From: Leptogorgia sarmentosa
Taxonomy: Eukaryota
NCBI GenBank assembly: GCA_964658305.1
Contig: OZ210885.1
Coordinates: forward strand, 10,788,001 to 10,852,000
Length of the DNA stretch: 64,000 nucleotides
Direction: 5' to 3'
Every line of letters starts with the position of its first letter. Within the stretch, counting starts at the first letter, position 1. Shown in pieces: positions 36,156 to 50,626 of the stretch. A program made the translations under genes and the position numbers. The notes below the pieces were generated by a model, which did not search any database, was not told the origin of the DNA, and saw only the letters and a list, made by a program, of their open reading frames with translations.

Positions 36156-37770
36156 TTAAAGGTATCTGGTCCATTCCTCTCGAGCATTCTGGGGTCTCGG
36201 GTATAAAAAATGGTTGGGATACAATGAAACTAGATTACTTGCTTTTGGCCTAAGAGATTTAAGATAAGAGCAAAGAGCTTGGCCCAACACTCTGTCTCCA
36301 TTTCTGCTTAAGTGTAAGTTAGATTTATTTAACAAGGATTTGTCTATGTTCCTGTTGTCAATAAAACTAACCTGATGTTTAGTACAGAGTTGCTGTAATG
36401 AATTGTTGAGAGAAGTAATCTTACTTGGAGGTACTTGCAATTGGTAATCATATCTTCTTACCACACCTGAAACTCCAACATTGTCAGCATGGTTCTTGGC
36501 TTTTATGATCAGGCTCTCCATTTTGTTAGCCACTGCGTCTGCTTCTTCATCTGGCAAGTTGTTTGTGCCAACGTGTAGTACAATGGCTTCATAATGCTCG
36601 CCATCGTTACACCATTCACTCTCTAGATGATCTTGTAATTTCTCTACAGTGGCTCCACTGTATGTCTTGCAGCTTGATTTCATTTTGGCGGCTCTGGAAA
36701 TTTTTTTCTCATCGACGTGTTTAACCATAGAATCGCCCAGGATTAATTAATTAGGATCATTATTCTTGGTATTTTTCATTGGAATTTCGCTCGACCTTTT
36801 TGGGTTATTAGTACCGTTTGTGTGGTTTTGTTTGTGGCATGATCTGTATTTCTTTATCTGTTCAGTGAACTTGGTCATCGGGTTTGCAGTTGTTGTTGTG
36901 CTCGAGGATGGGTTGCCATTCTCTTCATCACTGAGGAGGGGTGAGAATCGGTTTCTTGTTTCGATCGGCGGTGATTTGGTCTGGTAGTGGTTTGTATCAT
37001 CTTTATGATTTTTTGTTTGTGCCTGTGGGATGGTCTTGGTTGTGGTTTTCCCCGAGCCTCGAGATTCAGCTTGAATCCATTGGTTTTGTTTTATATCGAG
37101 TAATTTTCCTTTAAAAAAAATTAAATTTCCTTTCATTCTCCTCTTGTAGCGTGCTTACGGTTGATTTTAAACGTTCAATTTCATCAGCCATTTGACTGTT
37201 CTCAGTAGTTCTTATAGCTTCAGCTGTTTTCATATTCTGGGCATTTTGTTCTAACATGTTTATCCGATCAAGAATCTGCGCGAATTTTGCTTGGGTTTCG
37301 ATATTGTCGGGGGATGTTTCGTCTTTTCCACATTCACTACAAGTCGGCGATGGTAGAGGCAACGATGTAGCAGCAGACAAGTGATCGACTTGGAGAGTAT
37401 CGATTTCATTGATGGGCTTCTCCTGTTGGGCATGATCCTTTAGGCAATGGAAAAGTTTATTGTTCTTGTCTTTCACTATTTCTATCCTTTTTCGTTTCAC
37501 ACCTTGCCATTTGAAGATAGATTCTTCGTTTGTTGTCGAGAATATTTTGACATCGCCACCAGGTGATCGCCATTTCCCCGTCAGTTTCAAAACATTACAT
37601 GTAAAATGCTTCAAATCTGTCAGATTTCCTTCCCATAGAATGTAATCATCACGGACAACAAGATAATTGCTTTCTACAGCTTTATTGTCGAGTTTGTTGC
37701 CTATATCTTCAGATTTAGAGCAAGAATTGGGTAAACACGTGGAGCTCGTGTTGTCCTGACTAGTCGCCAT
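36156..37770 (-). pseudogene. LINE ORF1 (coiled coil plus SGNH esterase), disrupted
   Basis: LGDSMVK, YSGAT, LHVGTNN, LHLSRNG; reading frame broken near 37120 and 36750. Confidence 0.8.
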
Positions 37771-40700
37771 CTTGGGGTTTTTTTGACAATTGACATTCAG
37801 GAACACTCAGAGAGCAGGCACCCAAATTAAAGAACATACCCAAATAGACTTATTAAATCAATTTCCTCCAAAAACAAATTATTTTTATTGAACATAAAAC
37901 GGTGAACAAATCATGCCTTAATTCACGTGGCTTGCATTTAAATTCGAGACTGGGATCTCGTTTAAGCTTACTTTAGGTTACTTACGCGGATATGAAAGTG
38001 AGGAAGGCTGTAATCCATCTTACTATAGCTGAGCGTACGTTCAATTTTTGCAACTACTAGGCGATTATATAGTGATGATCCACTAAGTCGAATTTACTAT
38101 AATACGGAAAGAATGCTTCGACACAAACCCACGTGTAAAAAATACTCAGAATTTGCAACCTTATTTATAAATGTCATTACAGAAGAAGGTATCTTTCCCA
38201 AATCTGAAATGTTGAACAGTCATTTCCGCATGTGAATAAATAAGTTGTCTAACGTCCCACAAACGAAGATAACGGGAAAGGACGATGAACCATCCTTGAT
38301 GATGATCTCTGCATGTTCATCTTTCTATAAACAGGCATATAAAGAAAAATAAGTAATATGATGCACTGAACTAATATTAATTGCGAGTTACATACCTAGA
38401 GTTTGCTATTAAATTTTAATTACATAACAGCCATTTAATGAGGCCTGGAATATCTACTTTAGATTATTGTACTTGGACAAAGCAAAGGTGAAATAATGAT
38501 TTACAATGTTTGAACATTTCTAAAGATTATTCAGTTTTTAAAATGAACATGTCCAAACCTTAGCAAAATACGTTAACAAAACAAATATATTTAACTAGAA
38601 TCATGAAAAAATGTATGGACAACAACATACATTGATTTTTGTAACGCCTGCGTACATGTTTTCTTCACAAAACGTATAAACATTTGACGTTCTGAAGATG
38701 ACGTGAAAACCACCTGAATGACGTTATTAGTTCAACTGCTAATGTACTGGGGAAAGAGATAGTGAAATAAGTAAATTGTGATTTTCAATAGCCTGAGCGA
38801 AAAACGTGTACTTACGCTTTCACCAATAATGACTGAACATAAATTCTCCACTTCGAGCACTTTTTCATCCCAAATTGCTTTGCAAGCAAGTTTCTGCATA
38901 ATGTTATCTGTAATGTAACAATTTCTCTTCATGAATGGTTTTTTAAAACCACATAGAATTTCATGAACATAGCGAGAAAATAATATCAAACAGCCTTAAG
39001 CAGTTCTTACACAAATTTAAAGTATGGTTAATGTGTGAAATACTGTATTATCTAAGAAAAGTTTGCTTGGTATAGTTTCAGCATACGTGTATTTGGTAAA
39101 AACATTCGATGACGAGCAGAAATATACCACAAAAGACTGTACCTTGCAGTTTACTTTCTTTTCTTTGATCCATCATCATCATTCCCTACATTTTCTCTCT
39201 TTTTTCCTCGTGGCTTGCTGACCGGCTTTATGTTGCTAAGCCTTCGTTTAAGTTGTTTTAGCACAGCGCCCTATACAAATTTGATATGTATAAGCTCCAG
39301 GAACATAATTCAAGCTCACTGAAAAACCATGAATGCTGCAGTTGATGATCAAGTACAATATGCATTTGGCCATGAAAACCATGAGACATTTTTATTACAG
39401 TGGTTTAGCATGTACCATGAATTAATAGACACAATCCCATTGCACCTAACAGTCTAGAACATAATATTCAGTATGTAGCTTAAAGGTTATTACTTAAGTG
39501 CCTCAGTCTATGCAATTTACTCCAAAAATACCTACCCTTTCTTTCACACCTGGCAGTTCTTTCAAATAACCACATGGTCTTGCAATTTTGTACACGGAAT
39601 CCTTGGAAAATGGCCTCACTGGTATCTTTAGGATAACTTACAAGTGAAAAAAGAATGGAACATTGGATGGATGGACATTTTAATTAACTATACATTACTT
39701 TGCATATCTGCTGAAGTCAGCTTTTTAAGAGTTGCAGAATGCAATAGTTCATAGCTACAGTTTGAAAGTATTGTACAATATACATGTATTATATTTACCT
39801 CTGCTTGGCTTCATTCCATGAAGTACAATCAGTGTACTTCACAAAATAGTTTTGTAAAGCCCTCATTTCCTTCAAGCGACATAGCTCCTTTTCCGTCTCC
39901 TGAAGACTCGTGTCACTGTCTCGTTCGTCACTCGGAATACTCGAAATATAGAGAAGGTTCTCTTGCGTTGTGTTATGCTAGTCCACGACGATAATGAGAA
40001 CTAAGGCGTACAGGTTCTTTCGATAGAATCACAGAGGATCTACATCATAGTTTTGAACATGTATTATTTACACAACAACGTTAACATACACTAAACTCGA
40101 AGGCCAGTGCATTAATATTATATACAAACAAAATTATCCATTAATATCCTAAATGTCCCAGTGCAAGTGTAATTTTATCCTCTCAGGTTCGATATAGTTA
40201 TCAGTGCAAAATTAATTATACTAGTGTCAATTCTCGACAGTCACCAGCAAGAACACACTGTAAGTTCTTTAACAGTTCTTCCTTCTTCAGCTTACCACAT
40301 AAATATTTCAGCCTTGGCTAAGGGAATGAGATATGTGATGATTTGTATTTTGCATCCCCTTTCAAATCTTTTTTTGACAATTTCTGTCCTTTTAACTTGA
40401 ATGCTCTGTACATTGTCATGCACTCTATCACAGCATGATAAACTTCATCATCCAGTTCATTGGCAACAAGAAGCACATTTGAAAGCACAGTTTCCTGTAA
40501 AGACAAAAGAATTACAGACTTATTTTATATGACTTATAATTAAAAAATTATATGGCCACAAAAAAACACTTTTAACAAACACTTTCCTTTCAAGATTTAA
40601 ACTTTAGTATGGAAATTTTGAAAACATTCGTAAGAAAAGTCCTAAATTATATGTGGCTATAGGAGGTGACTAACTGAATTACATTCTTCTGAAAATTCTC

Positions 40701-41049
40701 GAAGAAAATTCTGTATCCCTGGCGCCTGGATAAGCTCTGGCAGTGGTGTCGGCGCAATTTTATTGACGGTGGGGTTTTCGAATATTGACGGTGGAGTTTG
40801 GCTGCTAATCTGAAGTTGTGATAAAATCAGAACTTGCTGTTCGAAAATTTTGTCGAGTTTCTCCATAATGTTTTGTATCTGGGGTGGTGGGGTGGGTCTG
40901 GGTCGATTTGGCATGAACAGACGCAGGAATATGGAATGGGTCAAACTTTTTCTTATCAGGCGTTTCTATTAATGTGGAGCAAGTAACCTTTTCTAATGGG
41001 CCAGGAATTTCGAAAAGTATTGATTCCTTCATACCGCCCAACTCCTCTC

Positions 41050-41410
41050 GCGGTAGGATGGTTGTCTTGTTGGAAACAATGGCCGTTCGGGAAATGCGTT
41101 GAAATAAATGGAAGCAATGTATTTCCCAAAATGGTTTCTACGTAAAATTCTGCATCCAGTGAATATGGCTATCCCCGTGGCTCCACGCTTTGAAATGCCT
41201 GCCCAAACGTGGACTTTATAAGGATGCTTTGGTACTCACTTTTGTCTCGGTGGTTCCAACGAACGATGAAAAGTAATTTTTTCCATGCTATTCCATTTGG
41301 ATCGAACTTTCTCTGTAAAAATCACGTCATTGAAGTCATCTTTGCTATCCAAACATATTCGAGCAAATTCTAGATGCTTGTGTTGATTAACCTCTTTCAC
41401 GAGTTGCCAA
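41050..41410 (-). pseudogene. Tc1/mariner-type DDE transposase fragment
   Basis: DDFNDVIFT, KHPYKVHVWAGISKRG, FQQDN. Confidence 0.7.
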
Positions 41411-42667
41411 CATTAAACTTGCAACAAGAGTCTCCCAAAAAAGCTCGCCTGTTTTATTTTGGTGGGTGTGTCTGTCTCCAGGCGCAATGGGAAGGGACGC
41501 CATAATGCATCTGTTTTCCATCTCTAAAATTGCAAAATATAATATATTTGATTTTGGTGAACCAAAACAACTTCATTTAATGATGGTGACAATCCTATTC
41601 TCCATTTTTGAAAGTATTCTACTCAGTCACATACCCCTTTCATCTTCTGCTGTTTTGGCACTTTTTCAGAGCTGACAGGATCTTTTGTTTATTGAGGTTC
41701 AATCTTCCTTTCGTGTCTTTTACAATTTTTGGTTTCTCCAAAATTCTTCCCAATTCTGCTTTCAACTAAAAGTATGAAATCATATTCACTGTACTGACAC
41801 AAATTACTGAAGAGCCTACCTCAATTCCTTTAGCATTCTTTAAGAAAGGGTAATCGTGGAGAATCTTCCAAACTCGTGTGTTATTTCCAACCACATCTCG
41901 TCTTCGTTTTGGAAAAGTGTTAATCCATTAAGACTTTAACTTTTTGGAGGTCTTGGAAGTCTCACACGCGAAACCCTAAAAAGTGACTCTAATATAGTCT
42001 TAGACAGAAAGCTTTTGATAAGCTCATATGAAGGTTATTTTCCGACCTTTTCCAAATTAATTTGTTTTTTGAGCTTAAACTCAATCAAAAGCGTACTAAA
42101 TTTTAACCACACTGTGCGGGAAATACGAGTAAATATCCAGCGTGGAAAAAGAGGCTATTGGGTAAAATGCGAATAATCGGTAAAGTCTATTTACCTGCAT
42201 CTATCCAGGAAGATCAATAATTCCCAAGATGCACTACATCTAAAAACCCAGACTACAATAATCGAAAAATACTCACATCTCCATTGGATCATCCTCATTG
42301 TCATCAAGTTCTTGAATGCTTTCTGGTTTTTTGCTTTTTAGCTGATTCTTCTCTGATTTCAATTTCTCAAGTGCTTTCAGAAACTTCGTTCTTGAGCAGA
42401 TCGGTGGAATAAGAAGCTCAACTCCTCTCTCTGTCAATAGTGCTTCAAATCCGCCCTAACTCGCCTTTCCTTCACGTTCCAAAACTGAAAACTAGCTCGC
42501 GGTGGCAGAATTCCTGAGACACACTAAACAGAGTATTAGTAAGAAGCATTATAATGTGGCGATCTATTGGGATGTTTCAAGTATAATTACTTCACCTACA
42601 AACTTATTCGTTGTCTCCTTAATCTTTACAATAGGTAATATTTAATAATAATACATATATTCACTGA

Positions 42668-43068
42668 GGCCCCGTCCGCACGTAGCCGGATACTTTTGAA
42701 AACGGAGGCTTTTCCCTCCGTTTTGGCGTTGCGTCCACACGTATCCGGCGTTTTCGGCAACCGAAACCGGAGCTTTTCGAAAACGCTCTCCAGAGTGGAG
42801 ACTTTCGGAAACGCAGCTTTCCCGTTTACGTGTGGACGGGCGAAAACGGAGGCTTTCGAAAACGATGACGTAAAATCAGGCCTGTGATCGCTTAAACATC
42901 TCATATTACTGAGCAATTTGAGCAATGCACATGCTCTACACCGGGCGCTATAAAATTTCCTCCGTGTAAACGATTCGAATACGCTACGTGTGGACGCGGC
43001 GAATTTTTTCATAAACGGAGGGAAAAGTCTCCGTTTTCAAAAGTATCCCGATACGTGTGGACAGGGCC
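42668..43068. mobile_element. PIF/Harbinger-like MITE
   Basis: TIR GGCCCCGTCCGCACGTAGCCGGATACTTTTGAAAACGGAG / CTCCGTTTTCAAAAGTATCCCGATACGTGTGGACAGGGCC. Confidence 0.8.
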
Positions 43069-45385
43069 TATTTAAGCTTTAAAGCTTATAATAGATTATC
43101 AATAACAATACAAATCTTTACCAACTGCCAATGTCCTGTTTTGTTTTTTAGGTAGGGGCTGCTATTTTTTAGCGAAGTTTGTTCGCAAGACGTCACATTA
43201 TTGTTTACTTGCCAACCTTATCATACTTATATACTAATGAATATACGTCATGCGTGCGTTGGGCCATCTCTGCTTCAACCTCACTTTTTCAATTTCATCA
43301 ATTTGCATCATCATCACTATCAGTGTCGGAGTCCGGCACCAGGATTTCTGCCGGCCGTGGCGGTGAGGCGGGGGGTGTAGTCATAAAAATTCTCATACTT
43401 GTTAGTTTCAAATCGCGTTATGTTTCTAACACAAACGGCGGGTGTGCCGAGTTTGCAACCCACAACTCCTCAAACGCAAGTTTCGAGTCGTTTAAAAATA
43501 GATTTTCAGGTCATCGCCTCGCCGTCGACAATGAAAACATAAATATATTAAAAGAAACATATTAAAACATAAATGATGTGAAATGGCATTTTTATTCCAT
43601 CAGCTAGGGTAATAATATAACATTTTGTTAACTGTGCTTCATTGTTTTTTTTTTATTTATATGCTTGACATACCTTCAAAAGTTACAACATTGCATTTTG
43701 AAAGTTGGGTGTGTCGCTTCATCAGAATGTTAACGTTCACCTTGACGTACAGTATTGTGAAAAATGATTCATGTAAATTGTCAGATTCGGAGTTACAATG
43801 CAGTGGACATCTAAGTTATTAACATTAACCATCATAATGAAATAACATCATTATGACTCTCATAAAGGGTTCTGTGGCTTTATGTCAACAACAATATAAT
43901 CATATGGTAATGCATGTATATTATGTCTTACCTTCTTGAAAATGTCCAAATGAACCAAAATAGCATGAAAAATAATTACATATTTGTTCTTGTTTCTCGC
44001 CAGCAGTTGTCCATTTGCAGATACAGGCGACACACGTATAGTAAGACAGTGAGGGTACTATCATGATATCATAATTGATATTCTGAAGGTTTAATCAGGG
44101 GTATAATATAGTGCGTGCAAAATTTCATGCTGGCGGAGGTATGCAGTCTTTGAATGCCCTCTAGTATTTTGATGTTACTCTTAGTGTCTGTGCCAAATCA
44201 TGGACAAGCTCTTATACAATGTTGTTGAGATTATTATTTATTATACATTATATGAATGTGCACATTATTCCTACTTACATTTCTATTTCGTATCTTAAAC
44301 ATATATATTTCCTATGGCATCCAAATGGTTTAATAAAGTTGAGAGGCAAAGGTGAAGTAAGGTTCTTTGAGTAAATAATTTTGGTTCTTTGTTCCTTGCA
44401 TGCAGCAATTTCGTAACTTTGATAATGTTCAGAAAACCTCACAGTTTCCTTTTCAAACACAACAAACATTGCTTTAGAAAAACTCCTTTGTTGATGACCA
44501 CTATTTCAACAATTTCACAGAATTGTGGAAACTCCCCATCATCAAATCCAACATGAACAATGGCACCAACTTTATATTTTGTTCCATGGACTGATATCCA
44601 TTTGGTCCTGTTAAGTAAACAGCAATCCAGTTAGTCAACAGTAATAATAGCATGCTAGTTGCACTGGACAAGGATGATTTCAGAATAACACATCACACAA
44701 TTTGCCATTTGTTCTACATTCGATGAAGTCCCAGATCAATAATCTTTAAATGAATTACCTTCAATTAACTCATTGTAATCAGAATCCCCAACATAAGAAG
44801 CCCTACCTATAATAACAGGAAAATCTTATTTAAATTTATTAGAAATATCTATGGGATTAACACATGACTAGGCATAAACAATGCCTGCAGGCTGCAACCT
44901 TTGCAAAAGAAATTAAATCTTTGCCTCTGACTCTACCACACATCTTTGACAGATTTTACATGCAGTACACTCATTTAACTTCATGAACATAATTTTTTTT
45001 ACGTGGACAATTTCAATCCCTTTGTCAATAAATGAACTTGCACCACCTTACGCAGATTGTAACCGATAACAAACCCCCTCTTGATGTCTTTTTGCCAACG
45101 AGTATGATGCGTTGATGAAATTGCCAATCACAATAGCCAATCTCTTAAAATAATGGTGTTTAGCTTCATACCGCATACACCAACTTCGCACCAATGGCCC
45201 AAATCTGTTGAAATGTAGGAACAGAAAAGAAGGAAGTTTACTATACAGTATAATCAGATGCAGTAGAAGAGAATGAGTACTAACAACATGCAATCTCATT
45301 TTCTAGCCAGCCTTCCCTTTACCCTTCAGACAAAACAGATATCTCTGGGATAATCTGAGTTTTACTTGACTTCTCGAAAAAAACA

Positions 45386-45388
<3 letters not shown>

Positions 45389-45424
<36 letters not shown>
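45389..45424. repeat. (AT)n microsatellite
   Basis: Direct reading. Confidence 0.95.
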
Positions 45425-45427
<3 letters not shown>

Positions 45428-48400
45428 TCCTCTTGGATGAAACAGGCTGTAGTGGCACCTTTTTGAGGCAAAACTATACTATTTGCTCTATCTATATGGT
45501 ATCGAGCACTCTTTTGGCATTTCGTTAACCAAAACTTTATCGTATATATTTATATATATATATTACTGTATAGCTATACATATATATATAACCACTGGCA
45601 GTTCAATAGTTCCCATGCAGTTAAAGAGTACTTATCTCTACTTTGAACATTCCACTTTGTATTTTGTATACGCTTTCGCAACTCCTTCAAAGGCACTTTT
45701 AACATCGCTCGGCACTCTTTCATTCATGAATACTATTGACTGGAGCATTAGCAAACCATACTCGTGTTCCATACTCGTGTTCCAAGGAAAGCCACCACAG
45801 CCTCTGTAAGGCACTACATGCTAACTTGCAGTAGTATCATTTTTCCAACAATAACATACACAGTTAATTTTTCATCGGCGAATACTGCGTTGAACAGAAT
45901 GAATCTGCATCCTCATGGTCCTACAAAAGAAAATTTGTTATAAATAACTGAAACTGGACACAGGACGATTGGGACTCAGAACAGTTGGGACACATGGACA
46001 TCCGTTCGTTTACCGTTTGTTTTGCCATTTCAACGAAAAATCGTTAACGTATGAAATCCCATGGAAGGTCACATTTGTCTTTATGATGTATGAATTCTAA
46101 GTTGATGCCACGATTACCTGTAATTCATGGACCAATTCCGGTGCTTTTTCTATGGATTCGGTCGTGGAAATATATAGTTGAAATTTTCTTTACCACATGG
46201 CTAATTTTCAAACCTGTGCAAAATAATACCATGTTATTTCAAACAAGTGCAGTAGAGTGACATAAATAAATTGATCTATCTGTGCACAACAGGAGTGTAA
46301 TGCCAAAAGGGCTGTATAATGTTGAACAATATATACTTGCATTATAAATGCATTTAGCAGGACAGGGCAAGCAAATTTATGAAATACTTTGTTAATATTT
46401 TACAATGTGTTCATTTTTTCAGATACCTGTCAGTGTGAAATCTCTATACAATTTAAATATATTCAAACTTTTAGTTGAACATTTGAAACAATGTTATATC
46501 GCGTGTATGTAAGTCAGTAACCAATTGGGGAAATTGGACACATTTAACGCAGAGTTACAGTCTCGAGAATCCCTCAGTTCAACATTTAATTATGCCAAGT
46601 TGTCGTTCTTTCTAAACGCCGACATGTTCGAATTCGTGGTCGTTTAGGCTTGACCATTAGAAGGGAATGCATTGATTTGCAAAGCTGTAGTAGCTCCTTT
46701 TTTTAGCTAATGCTTCAGATTTTACCTATAGCACAAAAAATGAGAGAGAAAAGTGACGTTTTATCGTTTTATTACATAAGTACTAACACTGCTAAACATT
46801 TTAGACTACATATTAGGCGGTCATTAGAAAATTTGTAAATTAAGCCTCCCTAAATTTAATTTCATATTTAGTCTTTGTAAATGATTACGTCTAATAATTA
46901 TGGTTTTTCACAAAAATGAAAGGATATGTATCCCCAATGTCCTTCACTAAATGCTTCTGTCCAATTATCATCTGCCGCCTGAAGGAGTATGTTAATTCCA
47001 TTTTCTTGCTCACAATTAATCTCTTGGTTCGGCTGTCGTTTGTTCTTTTCTTTTTGCATCCATGCAATATGGGCTCTAAATGAAGATTCATCTTCCCCAT
47101 CGACTCAAGGAGGTGCCCAGTTCACAATACCTCTCCGGACAACAGCCCTCAGTTTTGCTGCATTTTATGCCCATCTGCATTCTTTCTTTTTCTCGCAAGA
47201 ACAATGGGATCATTCTCTCGTTTCGGAGCTCATTTTTAATCTTATCTCCAAGATATCTATACCAAATTTCCTGAAAAAATATGATATATTTAATACCCAG
47301 TGATAGATAAAACTCTATACCTATAAGTATTTGTTGTACTTTAAAGTCAAGATTGCAATTTACAAATCACAAAATAAAATATTCACATAACCACCACCAC
47401 TTATAATGAAAATACAATTTCGGCTCTAATATTTGATCAACCAGTAATGTTTGATCAAATGTGACATTTCATTGCAATTTGCAAGGATGGGGTAGGGGAG
47501 GGGTGTTATTATGGTTTTTAATTATTCGCACAATACGACTGATGTCCTAAGACCATTGGTGTCCCAACTACTTATGAATGTGATTGATTGTACATATCAC
47601 TATATATTATATTCGTGAAATGGCATCTAACGTCCCACAAACGAAGATAACGGGAAAGGACGATGAACCATCCATATGCATCTTTATCTTCCTATAAACG
47701 GGCATATAAAGAAACATATATAAGTAATATAATCAAACAATGAACTAATATTGTTAGCATATTAATTGCGAATTACATGTAACTTTGTATGGGTGACGAA
47801 AGCGGTAGCGCATTGTGGCTCTCACCACCGCAAAACCTAAGACAAATCTGGTGTGACATTTCACGTGAGTGGATTTCGTGTGGTCGATCTCCCCTGCGTT
47901 CCGATCGAGGGTTTTTCTCCGGCCACTCCAGTTTTCATCCCTTTCCATGCATGTTTCGGAAGGAAAAAGTATAAATCTTGTTTCTTCTACATTGTTGGCA
48001 AGGTTCAAGCTCTTCATTTTTCGTAGGAACTTCACGAGTTGATCCAAATTCCACTTCTAAACAATACAAAAAATAAATAAAAGTATAAATTATTTCCCTA
48101 AAACGATAGATGTATCTTTGAATGTTGCGTAGAACTTGGTATTTTTTTAAATCTAAAGTTTTTTAGTATTTTGAAAAAATAGAATAGCAGTCATGCGACT
48201 AAGGCAGCGAGGCTACAATTCAAATAAACACGCGATAATACATACGCATTTCATATATCATTTATTAAAGAAGTTTTACTTTAATTAATGATGCCAAAAT
48301 ATGTCACAAAATACAACAACTTTTGAAAAGCTTTTGCTATTCGAAAAAGTATAGAATTTAAATTACCAATTCATATTCTGTTTGCGCCGTTTTTCACCTG

Positions 48401-48855
48401 GCAATACAGGTTCTCCAACATTGGCCGATATATTCAACTCAGCTCGAGATTGTCCTGATGTTGTTGATAAATTAGCTGGAGCAAAAGATGGATCTTGCTG
48501 GATCCTTCGGAAGAACCCACAAGGTACAAGCTCATGCTTCCGAAGCTGAAATCTACATAATGAATCTTGCAAAAAGTTTTTTAAATTATTTTAATTAGGT
48601 TTGCTGTTATATTCATACAGACCAAGGTGGATTAATTCGTGTTGGTTGGAATGAAGAATAGTCCAGTAAGTTCGACAGTCCCATCCGATTCGTCCCCGGT
48701 TGACCCAGCCTTTCCCGGCCGAAAACAATTTACTGGATAAGCGTGGTGACGTTATAACGTGCTCAATAAGAGCAGAACTGAGTCATTAGACATTCGAAAT
48801 ATTTTCTTGTCAACAGAGATAACTTTTCTCATATGAAGTATCCCTTAGTCTGCAA

Positions 48856-49599
48856 CAGCGCCGGATTAACCCATCATTGGGCCGGGGACACACAAAAAGT
48901 AAAGATCCGTAATTTGGTGAATATGAAAACATGAAACGTATATGTAATCAAATTGAAAGTCCTGTCCATTATATCGTCAAGAACTATAATATGCATGAAC
49001 ATAGGGAATAGCATTTTAACGTGAAAGTGGCATTTACCAGCCACTTCGACATTAACTTAAGTGAGTCTACTATTTCGTGTTAAATGCTAAGCATAAGCGT
49101 ACGGGCCACATTTTTTCAGCGGGGGGCAGAAAGTTTATCTTTGCCCGAATTTGAGGGTAGCGAATGTCACGAGGTGCCACCATGGTTGGCGCCGAGCGAG
49201 AAATTTCTGAACCTTTACAACCTCTGGATCGCCGGAAACGGCGAGTTCAGAGTCCTAACTCTACTTTCTTGGTACGCTCGTTCAGGTGAACGACTGGAGG
49301 ATTGTTGACATTACCTTATTCCACAGATTTTCGCCCAAATTATGCTCAAAATCAGTGCCCCGAATTTTCCAATTTGAACTTTTTGTCTGTCTATAGACGC
49401 AGATAATTCTTGAGTAATTTAGGACTGTAGAACTTCCTGGCTTTCAATTGACCAATTTTTAATCAAAACCAATTTTTTCGAAACCTCACATGCAGCAACT
49501 GAAATTTTTTATACATTGTTTTTCTTGGGCCGGTAAATAAGCTTTTGAGCTGGGGCCGGGGGCAAATGCCCCCATTGCCCCCTAGATAACCCGGCACTG
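48856..49599. mobile_element. hAT MITE with 8-bp target duplication GTCTGCAA
   Basis: GTCTGCAA|CAGCGCCGGATTA...TAACCCGGCACTG|GTCTGCAA. Confidence 0.9.
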
Positions 49600-50387
49600 G
49601 TCTGCAAACAAAATTATAAGGATCGATGCATGGTCCAGTGTTGTATCTGTAAAACACTGCTGAAAGAAAAATTTAGAAAATATGCCTAAGAGATAATGAC
49701 GTCTGAAGTTCAGTATGGTTTGCTGATAATGCTGTAAATGTGACGACCATTGCAAACATCATTGGTAATTTTACTTTTATTGACAAATGTTCTATAATAA
49801 TTCGATATTGTAAACCAGCAAATACAACTAAAAATCTACACTAAAGTTGAAACAAAACCATTTTCAAATATACAGTTGCCTCTTATATTAATTAGGCAAA
49901 TTGCTAAACATTTCCACATATGTTCACTGTTTAACTTATTCAGTGATACTATTTTAACTATCTTATACGTTTACTATACCGTCATTGAGAATTAAGAGAA
50001 AATTCTTAGCATGACGTTTTCTCGATAATTATTTACAGCATGGACTGAATAAAAATGTTTGCAATAAGACAGGTGAATTCAAAACACGCAGAGTGCCACT
50101 GAAATATTTTCCCTTCCACCCCATTTCTCCTCCCGGACAAGTATTTTTGAAATACTGACAGTAGGGATATTGAATAATGAATGAGGTAAAATGTATTAAA
50201 CAGTGAAGTAGAAATAATCAATCTCCATGTGAGAAAATATGAAGCCTGCGCCTATAATCAAATTAATGACTTTCAAAAATTTCCAATGAAATTTACCGAT
50301 TTTCCGACAAATGATATTGTCCATACACCATGCAACAAGTCAACTACCGCTTTCAATATCCTATTTCGCTTCGAATTTCACAACTAA

Positions 50388-50626
50388 AGGCTGCATTCCA
50401 GTTACTCGTTTTTACACGTACGTCTACGCACGTGAAAGTCTAAATCTCTCTATATTTCATTCTATTAATAAAATACCTTTAGAAACACATACTACATCAT
50501 TCAAACTTCAAAGTATGAGATGCTTTACATGTAGTCATGTGATTGCATAGAAACTAACGTTGAAACCAATTTCACTAATTTTTATACGTACGTACGTACG
50601 AAAAACGCGTAACTGGAAAACAGCCT
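50388..50626. mobile_element. Harbinger-like MITE with TAA target duplication
   Basis: TAA|AGGCTGCATTCCAGTTAC...GTAACTGGAAAACAGCCT|TAA. Confidence 0.8.

Larger units (their letters stand above)
30869..36174 (-). pseudogene. LINE ORF2 endonuclease-reverse transcriptase, disrupted
   Basis: INETRL, GGGV, YRPP, GDLN, SDH (APE); NYRPIS, QFGFR, DLKKAFDTV|NH, PQGS|ILGP; YADD motif degenerate (FVYD). Confidence 0.9.
30617..37820 (-). mobile_element. Near full-length CR1/L2-group LINE with two nested insertions
   Basis: ORF1 with esterase domain, ORF2 APE-RT, 3' UTR ending near AATAAA. Confidence 0.9.
38540..47300 (-). mobile_element. Fragmented CACTA/EnSpm-like element(s) with transposase and SAMD3-like relics
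   Basis: FGPLVRSWCMRYEAKHHYFK..SLAKRHQ (45050-45205), WISVHGTKYKVG (44430-44607), MELTYSFRRQMI..YPF (~46900-47000), SAM-like exon ~42350-42450, CCCAGT terminus near 38751. Confidence 0.65.

Noticed and set aside
48363..48572. Possible extra exon of the WD40 gene
   Set aside because: The WD40 frame already stops at 52241 and no recognisable domain is present.
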